Source: an uncultured Chlamydiae bacterium (GTDB lineage Bacteria; Chlamydiota; Chlamydiia; Chlamydiales; Parachlamydiaceae). From it: a stretch of DNA of 52,348 bases. Shown piece by piece: positions 1 through 14,039 of this stretch. Below the pieces are notes generated by a model. The model searched no databases, was not told the origin of the DNA, and saw only the letters and a program-made list of their open reading frames with translations. Location of the stretch: the NCBI GenBank assembly GCA_963830365.1, contig CAWHMU010000004.1, forward strand, positions 1 through 52,348, written 5' to 3'. Every line of letters begins with the position of its first letter. Position 1 is the stretch's first letter. Position numbers and translations under genes: made by a program.

Positions 1-1311
<1,311 letters not shown>

Positions 1312-1767
1312 TAAGGACAAAGTGGTCAATATGACTACTTAGGTTGGGCAGCTTTATGAGCAAACACATTGTCTTTCTATCATTGTCAAGATTCTTGACA
1401 GGCAAATGAATCAAGATCCAAATGCAACGCGCTCAAGTCGAATTGAGTGCGTTGCGTAACCTGGAGACAGCCTTTAACAGCTGTTTCCGGGTTATTAGCG
1501 TAAGAAAATATGTAAAGTGTAATTAATGACGTGCTTAGCACGTCACAGCAAGCGTCCGCCGGACTAAAATCTGGCGGCGCAAATGTCACTGACAGAAATC
1601 GACGCTTGAGGAAAATCTTCATCTTTCCGGCAATCTAACCGTTGCCGGAACAAAATCAAATGGCGTAAAATTAAGTAGCGATACTTAACAGCGACTATGT
1701 CACGTTAAGTGGCTAAGGTCGCTGAAATAATCGAGGCTCAATTACAGCTTGTAACTAAATAATTTTT

Positions 1768-4715
<2,948 letters not shown>

Positions 4716-4915
4716 CCTTTTTTTAAGGTTGAAGGACAAATATATAGACCAAGTCCGGACACCGCAGCGCAAGCTGGAAAGTTGTGGTCGCAAAAATACA
4801 AGAAATCACAAGTTGTAAGAAATGTCGCGAAGCCATCTGATGGATGGAGAACTTCAAGCGTCGTTTTTTGCAAGTGACAGCGCTTAATTTGACTTGATTC
4901 ATTTGCCAACTTTTT

Positions 4916-5031
4916 GCTTGGTGACAATAGAGAGGGGGAAATACCTGATCCCATTCCGAACTCAGAAGTCAAGCCGCTCATCGCCGATGGTACTGCACAC
5001 AAGAGTGTGGGAGAGTAGGTCGTCGCCAAGC
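4916..5031 (+). rRNA. rrf: 5S rRNA
   Basis: GATCCCATTCCGAACTCAGAAGTCAAGC, GCCGATGGTACTGC, GAGAGTAGG; terminal stem GCTTGGTGAC/GTCGCCAAGC. Confidence 0.97.
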
Positions 5032-5043
5032 TTTTTATTCCGT

Positions 5044-5078
5044 GCCCTAGCTGCTAACGCAGCTAGGGCCTTTTTTTT
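5044..5078 (+). terminator. rRNA operon rho-independent terminator
   Basis: GCCCTAGCTGC-TAAC-GCAGCTAGGGC followed by C and T8. Confidence 0.9.
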
Positions 5079-5114
5079 GCCTCATCGTTTTTATCATCAA
5101 AATACTTTTGCCCA

Positions 5115-5292
5115 CGCAGCGCGTTTGGAGTGCGCAACTCCTGTTGCGCTTTTCGTTTCCTAAAGGCCTTTTAGGCAGTCGGAACGGCCGTTTCAGGAAA
5201 GGAAGTTCATGCGTTTTTATGTTTCCGCGTGGTTTAGAAGTCTTTATGACATGAAAAGCGCAACAGGAGTTGCGCACTCCAAACGCGCTGCG
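5115..5292. repeat. REP-like inverted doublet (family A), ~51-bp arms, ~76-bp spacer
   Basis: CGCAGCGCGTTTGGAGTGCGCAACTCCTGTTGCGCTTTTC...GAAAAGCGCAACAGGAGTTGCGCACTCCAAACGCGCTGCG. Confidence 0.9.
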
Positions 5293-5482
5293 CAGTTTCT
5301 AAACGTATTGATAGATTTACTTTCTGATGTGAGAACTGAAGTAAGCCAAATCTCAAAGTGTGATTCATCCTTCATCTTTCATCTGTTTTTCATGGCGCTT
5401 TATACAATCTTAATGCTCATCTGCTATAATTGTCGATATACTTAGAATGTTTTGATGGTTTAACAATAAATAAAATAAGGTT

Positions 5483-6091
5483 GTGAGAAATATGGTTATT
5501 CAAAACGCTACCAATCAAACTTTGTCACCAGCGCCAATTATTAATGTTCCTGTGAACAAATCCGACCAAAATCCAGGCCCCAATAAAGGTATACCAACCT
5601 TCGCAGAACTGGTAACAGCGATACCAATAAAGGCACGCTTATTAGGCGCAGGATTAGCAGTTGTGGCGGTGAATGCATATTATGCCATGAAGCCAGAAGT
5701 TGTAGAATACACAAAATGTGAAAAGACATGCCAAGTAGCTCGAGGTTTCTTTGACTACTGTGCAATAGCAGCAAGTGCACTGGTTATTGCTGTGCAAGTG
5801 GTGGAAAAACCAGCACGCGCTATACCAATGAGCATATTAACGCTGGCTTTTGGTGCCTTATATACATTGTCGAATACGCTAGAAGCTGTTATGCCTAAAG
5901 AGGGAGTTCAATCGTACATAGCAGTAGGATTGCAAGTTCCTGTATGTCTGGGAGTCCTGTATGGCGCATCCCTAATTTCCGCTAAAGTAGAAAAAGCCGT
6001 TGAAGGTTTAGGGAAAGGAAAACCAGCGGCAAGCATCGTAGCAGAACAAGCTAATGCCGATGGTGCTGTACAAAAGAGTGTAGAAGAGTAG
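5483..6091 (+). CDS. hypothetical membrane protein (about 4 hydrophobic segments, Inc-like); C-terminus encoded by a duplicated 5S fragment
   Basis: 202-aa ORF (GTG 5483 or ATG 5492), AT-rich upstream region, several hydrophobic helices. Confidence 0.75.
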   Translation: MRNMVIQNATNQTLSPAPIINVPVNKSDQNPGPNKGIPTFAELVTAIPIKARLLGAGLAVVAVNAYYAMKPEVVEYTKCEKTCQVARGFFDYCAIAASALVIAVQVVEKPARAIPMSILTLAFGALYTLSNTLEAVMPKEGVQSYIAVGLQVPVCLGVLYGASLISAKVEKAVEGLGKGKPAASIVAEQANADGAVQKSVEE

Positions 6092-6116
6092 GTCGTCGCC
6101 AAGCTTTTTATTCTAG

Positions 6117-6151
6117 GCCCTAGCTGCTAACGCAGCTAGGGCCTTTTTTTT
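6117..6151 (+). terminator. duplicated rRNA terminator now ending ORF 5483-6091
   Basis: Same hairpin and T run as 5044-5078. Confidence 0.85.
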
Positions 6152-6188
6152 GCCTCATCGTTTTTATCATCAAAATACTTTTTGCTTA

Positions 6189-6363
6189 CGCAGCGCGTTT
6201 GGAGTGCGCAACTCCTGTTGCGCTTTTCGTTTCATAAAGGCCTCGTAACCAAAAGAAAGACCGTATGCTAACTGGACTTGCGTTAACTAAAGCATTTTCA
6301 GGCTTAAAGGATCTTTATGAAACGAAAAGCGCAACAGGAGTTGCGCACTCCAAACGCGTTGCG
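6189..6363. repeat. REP-like inverted doublet (family A), second copy
   Basis: Arms nearly identical to 5115-5292; ~73-bp spacer strongly diverged. Confidence 0.9.
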
Positions 6364-6783
6364 CAGTTTATAAACGCGCTGCTAGATTTACTTTCTGCTA
6401 ATACAGCTAGGACCTTTTTTGCTTGCACGAAGAAGGACGAAGCGGACGAGGCGGACAACATCAGAAATCAGGGTGGGCAATCGGATTGGCATGATCGCCC
6501 TTCTGATCCCTTTCCCGTTCCATTCCACCGCTATTTTGTAATGTTTTCCGGGATTCTTATTTCCTAATGATCTTATTGACGCTGGAAGTTTACAAAAAAA
6601 TATACATAAAATTAGCGTAGATCTTATAATAGTAGATGTGGTTGTGTTTTATTAATAAATAAATGATTTTTAGCATAAACTTAATAAATGTTCATTAGCC
6701 ATCAGATAGCGTTGGAGCCTTTATGCCTGGTAATATTCATTTTGAAAGGGTTTTCTATAAAGCGAAAACTAACGATGTTAGGA

Positions 6784-6904
6784 AAAGGTGTCAGGCTTGG
6801 CATTTGGAGATTTTTACGCTTAAACATCTTGCCATCAATATTCTAAGTGTCAAATCTCCAAATGCCAAGCCTGACACCTTTATGACACCTTTATGACATC
6901 TTTA
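6784..6904. repeat. perfect 30-bp inverted repeat plus 3x 11-bp tandem (TGACACCTTTA)
   Basis: AAAGGTGTCAGGCTTGGCATTTGGAGATTT (6784-6813) / AAATCTCCAAATGCCAAGCCTGACACCTTT (6852-6881). Confidence 0.9.
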
Positions 6905-6913
6905 TTACGTTAG

Positions 6914-7052
6914 TATACCAGCATCTATCCATATGGACATAGCCAAAGCCCCGGGTTGAACGAACGAAAATGACCCAATATTATATATTTTCGTTCAACC
7001 GCAGGAATTTTGACACAGTCCATAGGGGGATTTTAAACGAGATGCTGGTATA
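6914..7052. repeat. imperfect multi-segment palindrome
   Basis: TATACCAGCATCT/AGATGCTGGTATA, TATGGAC/GTCCATA, GGTTGAACG..GAAAAT/ATTTTCGTTCAACC. Confidence 0.75.
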
Positions 7053-7364
7053 TAGGGCAGCGTTTTGGCTGTCTCAAACCTTTGATGAATTATCCATGCA
7101 ACCTGATCACTACGGCTTTTTTTGTTTTATCTGATTATCTAGAAACGGCCATTGCCTCTGCAAAATCTTGAGCACTTTTTCGCACGCTCAACAGCCGTTT
7201 TTAGGATTATTAATTACTTGTTGAATACTTCATGTCGATCTCTCCATTTTAAGGCATTTCCCAGACTTTATTTTTCAGAAGGTTCTCCATAATGAATTGA
7301 GAATGGCTAATGCAGCCAAAAGCGGAATTTTCTGAAATGTAGCGGCAAGATTGTAATTGTGTAA

Positions 7365-7393
7365 TTGACAAAAGTTTATTTATTATGTAGAAT
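7365..7393 (+). promoter_or_regulatory. sigma66/sigma70-type promoter for ORF 7462
   Basis: TTGACA-17 nt-TAGAAT. Confidence 0.7.
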
Positions 7394-7461
7394 GTGTTAT
7401 TACTGTAGTTGCTTATTTTGAATTACGTGTTAAACAGTTTATTTTAATTGAGATTATTATT

Positions 7462-8169
7462 ATGTCATCTTCAACAGGTGTTGTGAGTGCATCGTCAGCT
7501 TGGTTAATATCTTTGGATACTTCACTTCATCCCTCGATGGCACCCTCGCCAGCGCCACAATTGAGCGGGCAGGCTTCTCTTCAAGTAACTCCGGGCGGAA
7601 CACCGCCAGATTATACTCCTGTGCCAAGTCCCGTTCGCGAGGGGAAAAGCCATTTTTTTGAAGGATTGGACTCTCTGCCATTGCCGCCTGCTGAGGGAGC
7701 CGGAGTACAGCTTCGACCGGTTGATACGAGCTCTAATCACCCAGCGCAGCAGGCCTCGTCATTATCCGCAAATGAAGAAATCCAGCATGTAACAGCGACT
7801 TTACAGGATGATACGGAATCGTTGTACTCTGTACTGCTTGTATCGCCGGGAAGAGTTGCCGAGACAGAAGCGGTCCGCAGCCGAGAGCCTAGCAGTTCTT
7901 GCTGGGGAAGATGTTGGAAGCGCATATTAGTTCCCGCGCTCATTGGCATCCCTTTAAGTGCGATTGGATTGAATTACTGGATAAACGATTGCGCTGATTC
8001 CAATGGCGAATTTTGCCTGACAGGAAAAGTTTGCGCATCTATCGGTTTAGCATTGACAGCGCCGCTTGGCCTTTATGCTTTGGCGCGTTTAGGGATATGT
8101 GCGGCTGAAAGGTGTTGCATGAGAGCGGATGATCTAGATGACCCGGGGCAGCCGTATCAAATCCAATAG
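7462..8169 (+). CDS. hypothetical protein, Ser/Pro-rich N-terminus with C-terminal bilobed hydrophobic domain (Inc-like)
   Basis: 235-aa ORF, consensus promoter upstream, two TM segments with a short Cys-containing loop. Confidence 0.75.
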   Translation: MSSSTGVVSASSAWLISLDTSLHPSMAPSPAPQLSGQASLQVTPGGTPPDYTPVPSPVREGKSHFFEGLDSLPLPPAEGAGVQLRPVDTSSNHPAQQASSLSANEEIQHVTATLQDDTESLYSVLLVSPGRVAETEAVRSREPSSSCWGRCWKRILVPALIGIPLSAIGLNYWINDCADSNGEFCLTGKVCASIGLALTAPLGLYALARLGICAAERCCMRADDLDDPGQPYQIQ

Positions 8170-8309
8170 AATAGGCAGGTCGTTGGTTGTGATTGAGCAT
8201 AATGCGGTGGGGTGTCTATGGTCGACAGAGATATGGAAAATCCCCTTTAGCCGCCGCCTCACATTGGCGCCGATTGGCATGGTCACTCCGCTATCACCGG
8301 TGTCAGGGA

Positions 8310-8600
8310 ACTGGGACGGATGTAGCGCCATTAAAGACAGATCAGGTGATATTCACGCTCGTGGCACCTGGGGAGGCAATGGCATTTGGATTGACGTTGG
8401 CAATCTTAGGCAAAAGAGCAAAAGTGCATGCATTGCCAAGCCAAGCTGCTGTAGCGGCAACCTGATAGTACATGAAAAAAACATAGCAAGTTGTCGGCAC
8501 ACGGCTGCGGAGTGGCCGCAATCGCCGTGTCTGCATTGACAGTATATCCGAGAGCCATTGTATTAGCTAATATGATCGCTACAGTAGTGGCAAAAGATGT
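8310..8600 (-). pseudogene. degraded IPT/TIG-repeat gene remnant
   Basis: Fragments in two frames: ALGYTVNADTAIAAT and FALLPKIANVNPNAIASPGATSVNIT*SVFNGATSV, resembling IPT repeats of 22877-26752. Confidence 0.55.
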
Positions 8601-8662
8601 ATTCAGATTTCGGCAATATTCAGCCTTCATCCTTCATATTTCATCTTTCTGCTGATGCCGGC

Positions 8663-10663
8663 TTATTCCTCGTAATCGTCGTCATCGTCATCCTCTTCCT
8701 CAAAGTCCTCGTCGAGATCTTCTTCGATGACGAGTGGCGCTTTGAGGGGCTTGCTGGCCTGACGGCGGGCGACGCCTTTAGGCGAAGGTTGGACGGGGAC
8801 GAGGTCCACCCAGATGGGCGAGCTCCAGGCCATATGTCCATCTTCCTGTGTCACGCGCAGGTAGTAGTAGACAAAGGGAGGCTTTTTATCTTTGGCATCG
8901 ATGACGACTTTTTCCAGCGGCGTCATATCGTCATAGGTGAAGTTCATCCAATAGTTGTCGATGTCTTCAAAAGTTTTGATGACCTTGCCGTTGCGGATGA
9001 TTTCGACTTTTACAATATTAGCGGTACAGGCGACATAACCGGATATATGGCGGTTGATGCGCAGGCCGTGTTTGACGCCTGTCGTCGTTTCGCTGCCCAT
9101 CGGCAGGCCGGCCAGGTAGAGGCCGAGGATGATTCTTTCGCCGGTGGTGGCATAGCAGCTGCGGTTGTATAGCGCTTCAGCCAATGCCGTGCGGGTGTGC
9201 TCGGCGGCGATAATCGCGGTAAAGCCTGGCGTGTATTGGATCTGGTCGCCTTCAAAGAAGTCGGCATAGATGCCGCGGTCGTCCAGGCCGCCTGCGACAA
9301 AGCCAAAGCGGCAGTTGTGCTGCAGGGCCTTTTGGATGGCGCCTTCCGGGGCTTCGGCGATACCGGATTTGCCTTGGGCTGCAATCGGGATGGTATTGCC
9401 GTCTTTTTTGGTGCATTCTGAAGAACCCCAGGCATTGTAGATTTCAACCACGCGTTCAAAGTCGGGATCGAAATGTTTGAAGTCGAATTCAAAGCCCTTG
9501 CCCATGGTGAAGCTGGGGATGGATATCATTTCTTTCGGTGAGAAGCTTTTATAAATTTTTTGCAGCGAGGAGTATTTAGGATCCTTCTTGCGCAGGATTT
9601 GCTTGCTGTCTTTGGTATACAGGATCTGGCGAATGCCTTCTTCGCCCTTGCTTCCAACCCACTGGAAGCCCAGATAGGAGGTGAAGCGATCGGCTTCGTC
9701 AAATTCTACTACGTTTTGCGTGATGAGCTTCCAGGTTTCGTTAGGGGTCTCTACCTGGTTTTCAAAAGGTGAGACGGCATAGAAGTTGGCGGCTTTGTCA
9801 TCGCGGAAATGGCGCAGGCAGTTTTCGATATTTTCTGTCGAATCGATCCGTTCTGATTCGCCGTGCAGCAGCCCCCAAAAAAGATGGCGGGTATTTTCGG
9901 CAAAGCACATCACCGGCGCTGATCTGAAAACTTCTTTGGTTTTCGTATTCAGCAATTGGATGGTGTAAACGCCCGGTTCGTTGAAATAGAGGTTCGGCAG
10001 GGCGATAAAGCCAGTTTCCGGCACGAAGAGTTTCCAGCTAAGGTTTTCGCGCAGATGTTCGTGGGACAGTTCTACGAGAGTTTCTGGGGGAGCGGTATTG
10101 GTAAGGTTGCCATATTCATCTTCGAAGCGCACAATGACATCAAAGCGTTTGTTGCGTGTGACAAAAGAGGGAGATAAGACCCTGATATTGGCGAGCGTGC
10201 TGCCGCGGATGTCTAGCGTAAAAACTTCAGGCTCTTCATATAGTCCTTTGCCTTTGGGATCAATATACAGATTGAAGGCGCGCCGTCTTTGGGCCGAAGC
10301 CTGGGCTTTGGTGCCATGTTTACGGGCATCTTTTGCCGCTCCCACCACAATCGTGAAGGTGCTGCCGGCTTCGAGTTTGCTGGTCAGTACAAATTCAAAA
10401 GAGGGTACATAGCTATCGGGTGATTCGACTTCTTTGGCCGGGAGGATTTTGCCATTGTCGAGTTCAGCGTAAATGACGTTGCTGGTTTTTTTAAGGTTGG
10501 CAGTCGGCAGTTGCCAGTCGATATCGCGGCCCTTGCTTTGCAGGTCGAATTTAAGTTTGGCCCCTTTAGCTAAATCAATACTGGGCGTGTAAACGAATCT
10601 CCATGTATTAACTTCTCCGGCAAAGGCGACACTTGGTTCACAATAGCATATTGATCGACGCAT
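8663..10663 (-). CDS. DUF3604-type (PHP-like) conserved chlamydial protein, CT425-like
   Basis: MRRSICYCEP start, WGLLHGESE, VEIYNAWGSSE, YYYLRVTQEDGHMAWSSPIW; acidic tail; synteny. Confidence 0.85.
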   Translation of the reverse strand: MRRSICYCEPSVAFAGEVNTWRFVYTPSIDLAKGAKLKFDLQSKGRDIDWQLPTANLKKTSNVIYAELDNGKILPAKEVESPDSYVPSFEFVLTSKLEAGSTFTIVVGAAKDARKHGTKAQASAQRRRAFNLYIDPKGKGLYEEPEVFTLDIRGSTLANIRVLSPSFVTRNKRFDVIVRFEDEYGNLTNTAPPETLVELSHEHLRENLSWKLFVPETGFIALPNLYFNEPGVYTIQLLNTKTKEVFRSAPVMCFAENTRHLFWGLLHGESERIDSTENIENCLRHFRDDKAANFYAVSPFENQVETPNETWKLITQNVVEFDEADRFTSYLGFQWVGSKGEEGIRQILYTKDSKQILRKKDPKYSSLQKIYKSFSPKEMISIPSFTMGKGFEFDFKHFDPDFERVVEIYNAWGSSECTKKDGNTIPIAAQGKSGIAEAPEGAIQKALQHNCRFGFVAGGLDDRGIYADFFEGDQIQYTPGFTAIIAAEHTRTALAEALYNRSCYATTGERIILGLYLAGLPMGSETTTGVKHGLRINRHISGYVACTANIVKVEIIRNGKVIKTFEDIDNYWMNFTYDDMTPLEKVVIDAKDKKPPFVYYYLRVTQEDGHMAWSSPIWVDLVPVQPSPKGVARRQASKPLKAPLVIEEDLDEDFEEEDDDDDDYEE

Positions 10664-10756
10664 GAAAGAGCACTCCATTTGATATGGCAATCAGTTTGCC
10701 CGATAGGATAATATTAACGCAAGTTGCTAATAGAGACTACAGCAAATTCGAGCCAA

Positions 10757-10920
10757 AAAAATCACCACAGAGGCACAGAGACACAGAGAAATATCGGAGA
10801 TCATTAATGATCCGAAGCGCAGCTGAGGGGCACTACCTAACCAATTTTTTCAAGTTGATGCATTTAGCTGCTCTCTGTTTCTCTGTGTTTCTGTGTTTCT
10901 GTGCCTCTGTGGTAAATTTT
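10757..10920. repeat. inverted doublet family B (CACCACAGAGGCACAGAGACACAGAG)
   Basis: Left arm 10757-10791, complementary right arm ending CTGTGCCTCTGTGGTAAATTTT. Confidence 0.9.
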
Positions 10921-10945
10921 TACTTTTATGTCTGGCAAGTTGCAT

Positions 10946-12505
10946 TTATACGGCATATTCGGTGATGCGCTTTTCGCGGATCACCGTGACTTTGATTTTG
11001 CCGGGATAGTTGAGTTCGTTTTCGATGCGTTTTGTCAAATCCCTGGCTAAGGTGAGGACGCCATCGTCATCCACTTCGTCAGGCAATACGACGACGCGTA
11101 CTTCGCGTCCGGCCTGCATGGCATAGGCCTTTTCAACGCCCGGAAATTCACAGGCCAGATCTTCTAGACGTTTCAGTCTTTTCACATATTCATCTACGGC
11201 TTCGCAGCGGGCCCCTTGGCGCGAGGCGGAAATGGCATCGGCGGCACTGCACAGGGAGCCTTCGACGGTGGTGGGTTCTATTTCGGCATGGTGGCAGCCT
11301 ATGCCATTGGCAACTTCCTTGCTTTCGCCGTACTTGAGGGCAAGGTCATGACCGATGATGGCGTGGGTGCCTTCCATTTCATGTGAGACGGCTTTGCCCA
11401 TATCATGCAGCAGGCCGATGCGTTTGGCCATGCGGCTATCAAGGCCAAGTTCAGCTGCCATCATGCCCATGAGATGGGAAACTTCCAGCGAGTGGTCCAG
11501 AATGTTCTGGCCATAGCTAAAACGAAATTTCAGCTTGCCAAGCAGCGTTATCAGTTCCGGATGCAGGTTGATGGCGCCGGCCCGCAAGGCGGCATCTTCG
11601 CCATATTTCTTGATAAGTTTTTGAATGTTTTGTTGGGCTTTGGCGACAGCTTCTTCAATGCTGGTGGGGTGGATGCGTCCATCCTGGATAAGGTCTGCCA
11701 GGGCCATTTTGGCAATATGCATACGGACAGGGTCAAAGCCTGATAGTACCACAGCCCCTGGGGTGTCATCGATGATACAGCTGATGCCTGTGGCCCGCTC
11801 AAGAGCGCGGATGTTGCGTCCTTCGCGTCCGATGATGCGTCCTTTCATCTCTTCATTAGGGATGGCAACGGTGTTTACCGTGGCCTCAGATACGCAGGAT
11901 ACGGCCATTCTATTGATGGCGGTGACAATCAGGCGGCGGGCTTCATGTTCGGATTCTTCTTTAGCCTCTTTTATGGTGCGTCGGATGAGGTTGGCGGCAT
12001 CGTGTTTGACTTCATGTGTAATTTGCTGAAGGAGTTGGTGTTTTGCTTCGCTGGAGCTGAGTCCGGCGGTTTGTTCCAGCTTAGTTAACAACTTGGCTTG
12101 GTATTCGATGGCCAATTTCTTTTCCTGGTCCAGCTGGGTTTTGCGGGCGATTAAGACAGCTTCGCGCTTTTCGATATCGAAAAGCTTCTTTTGTACCAGA
12201 TTCATGCGGCTTTCGATTTTGTCTTCGCGTTGTTTGAGGCGGTCTTCTTCGCGTTGAAGTTTGCGGCGTTCCGCTTGCCAGAACAGTTCAAACTCGCGTT
12301 GCTGCTCAAGTTGCTGCTGGCGCAGGGAGAGATCGACGCTTTTTTTCTTTGCTTCGCCTTCGGCTTCGGCTTTGGAGATGAGCTCTGCAGCCAGGTGCTT
12401 GAAATGGGTGAGCTTGAGGCGCTGCAAAATCCAAAGGATGATGGCGCCGAAGATGGCGCTGATGAGAAGGGCGCTGATTAAAGGAATGAGGTCTTCTAAT
12501 GGCAT
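10946..12505 (-). CDS. rny: ribonuclease Y
   Basis: N-terminal TM, coiled coil, KH (KGRIIGREGRNIRA), HD (GLLHDMGKA), AMQAGREVRV. Confidence 0.97.
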   Translation of the reverse strand: MPLEDLIPLISALLISAIFGAIILWILQRLKLTHFKHLAAELISKAEAEGEAKKKSVDLSLRQQQLEQQREFELFWQAERRKLQREEDRLKQREDKIESRMNLVQKKLFDIEKREAVLIARKTQLDQEKKLAIEYQAKLLTKLEQTAGLSSSEAKHQLLQQITHEVKHDAANLIRRTIKEAKEESEHEARRLIVTAINRMAVSCVSEATVNTVAIPNEEMKGRIIGREGRNIRALERATGISCIIDDTPGAVVLSGFDPVRMHIAKMALADLIQDGRIHPTSIEEAVAKAQQNIQKLIKKYGEDAALRAGAINLHPELITLLGKLKFRFSYGQNILDHSLEVSHLMGMMAAELGLDSRMAKRIGLLHDMGKAVSHEMEGTHAIIGHDLALKYGESKEVANGIGCHHAEIEPTTVEGSLCSAADAISASRQGARCEAVDEYVKRLKRLEDLACEFPGVEKAYAMQAGREVRVVVLPDEVDDDGVLTLARDLTKRIENELNYPGKIKVTVIREKRITEYAV

Positions 12506-12518
12506 GCGTATGACTCGC

Positions 12519-13913
12519 TTACTTGTCTTTATCTTTTTTGACAGTTTTATTTATTTCTTTATGCTTACTATGCAGTGGCTTGATGCGTACCTTTTCGACG
12601 AAGCGTTCGTTGGAATTAAGGACTTCCAATTCGAATTCGTCCTGATGGATGACAAAGCCTTTTGAAGGGATGGTGCCGGCGCAGTGGAAGATATAGCCGC
12701 CGATGGTATCGTAATCACCCTCCTGAGGAAATTTAAGTTCCAGCAGTTCCTCGGCATCAAAGATATTAAGGCGGGCGTCGACGATCCAACTGCCGTCCGG
12801 CTGGATTACATGTAGAGCCTCTTGGTCGTCGTATTCATCGGCAATATCGCCGACAATTTCTTCCAATATATCTTCGATAGTGACAATGCCTTCAGTGCCG
12901 CCGTATTCATCCACTACGATTGCCAAGTGCACCTGTTTCTTGCGAAACTCCTGCAGCAAGTTTGATATTCTTTTTGTTTCAGGAGTATAGAGAACGCTTT
13001 TTTGAATGGTTTCTATGGGAGCTTCCAAGATACTGGTATCATTGCCTTTGGCTTCGTATTCGCGAAATTTAGTCAGGATGTCTTTATACATCAGCACGCC
13101 AACGATCTCGTCCACAGTATTGCGATAGATGGGTGTGCGGCTATATCCTTCCGCCGCCAGCAGGTTGGCGGCCTCTTTGATCGAGGTGTTGGCCGGCAAG
13201 CAGAATATATTCACGCGCGGCACCATCACCTCACGTGCAATGCGCTGGTCAAATGACAATACAGACTCGATAATCTTTTTGTCGTGCCGGTTGATGCCAG
13301 GGCTTAATTGGGCGCCCTGGATGATGTCAATGATCTCCTGTTTTGCCTGTGCCTCAGGCTCATGCAGGTGATCGAAATAGATTGTGCGTGAAAACGACTG
13401 TGAAATTTTAAGGAATAGAAAGGTGAGGGGGAATGCCAGCAGCATGAATATTGAGGAGAACGGTGTGCAGAACTGCATGACTTTCTCTGGTACGCGCAAA
13501 CCCAAAATGCGGGGTAGATATTCGCCGATGACAAAGGAGAGCAGCAAGAGGGCCAGGCTGGACAAAATGATCCAGAAAAGTGTGAAGTCGTAAATTTGCG
13601 GCATCGCCGTCAAAGGCAACCCCTGTTTGTGCTGGAATAGTGGTGTCGCTAAAAGAAAAATTACGGCTGAGGCCACATAGCAGTAGCGGGTAACGTTTTG
13701 CGCACATACCGTGGCAAAAAACAAGCCTTCATATTCGTGCTCGGGGAAAAAATGCAAATGGAAGGGGCGATAAAAGAAGCCCTTGCCTGTGCCAATGATC
13801 TGATTTTTGGAATCGCGTCTGTGGATGCGGCGAAAGGCACTTGTCATAGCTGTCAGAAAAAATGTGCCAATCAGGAAGAAAATCATTAAAACGAAACTAA
13901 TGATCAGAAACAA
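12519..13913 (-). CDS. hemolysin/CorC-family CNNM-CBS-transporter-associated protein
   Basis: GEYLPR, AREVMVPR, GYSRTPIY, HLAIVVDEYGGTEGIVTIEDILEEIVGDI; TTG start with GAGGAGG RBS. Confidence 0.92.
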   Translation of the reverse strand: MFLIISFVLMIFFLIGTFFLTAMTSAFRRIHRRDSKNQIIGTGKGFFYRPFHLHFFPEHEYEGLFFATVCAQNVTRYCYVASAVIFLLATPLFQHKQGLPLTAMPQIYDFTLFWIILSSLALLLLSFVIGEYLPRILGLRVPEKVMQFCTPFSSIFMLLAFPLTFLFLKISQSFSRTIYFDHLHEPEAQAKQEIIDIIQGAQLSPGINRHDKKIIESVLSFDQRIAREVMVPRVNIFCLPANTSIKEAANLLAAEGYSRTPIYRNTVDEIVGVLMYKDILTKFREYEAKGNDTSILEAPIETIQKSVLYTPETKRISNLLQEFRKKQVHLAIVVDEYGGTEGIVTIEDILEEIVGDIADEYDDQEALHVIQPDGSWIVDARLNIFDAEELLELKFPQEGDYDTIGGYIFHCAGTIPSKGFVIHQDEFELEVLNSNERFVEKVRIKPLHSKHKEINKTVKKDKDK

Positions 13914-14039
13914 GCAGCCTCCTCATGATAGCTACACAACTTAAACCGCGCTGAAGCGCGAAGCTTGTACGTCTATCGTGTGTTTTTTGTTCTTTTCTTA
14001 TACCATATCCCGCTTTTTAGTGGAGAACGCAAACGAAGA

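Larger units (their letters stand above)
6056..6396 (+). repeat. direct duplicate of 4983-5326 (3' part of 5S, terminator, family A doublet)
   Basis: GCCGATGGTGCTGTACAAAAGAGTGTAGAAGAGTAGGTCGTCGCCAAGC followed by the same terminator and doublet arms; offset ~1073 bp. Confidence 0.95.

Noticed and set aside
1312..1767. tRNA-Ile/Ala in the ITS
   Set aside because: No T-loop GTTCRA motif or cloverleaf found.
5115..6363. CRISPR array
   Set aside because: Repeats are inverted pairs, not regularly spaced direct repeats; no cas genes in the window.
6265..6567. 100-aa ORF, and similar ORFs at 10684, 30423-30744 and 40754
   Set aside because: These are translations of palindromic repeat arms.
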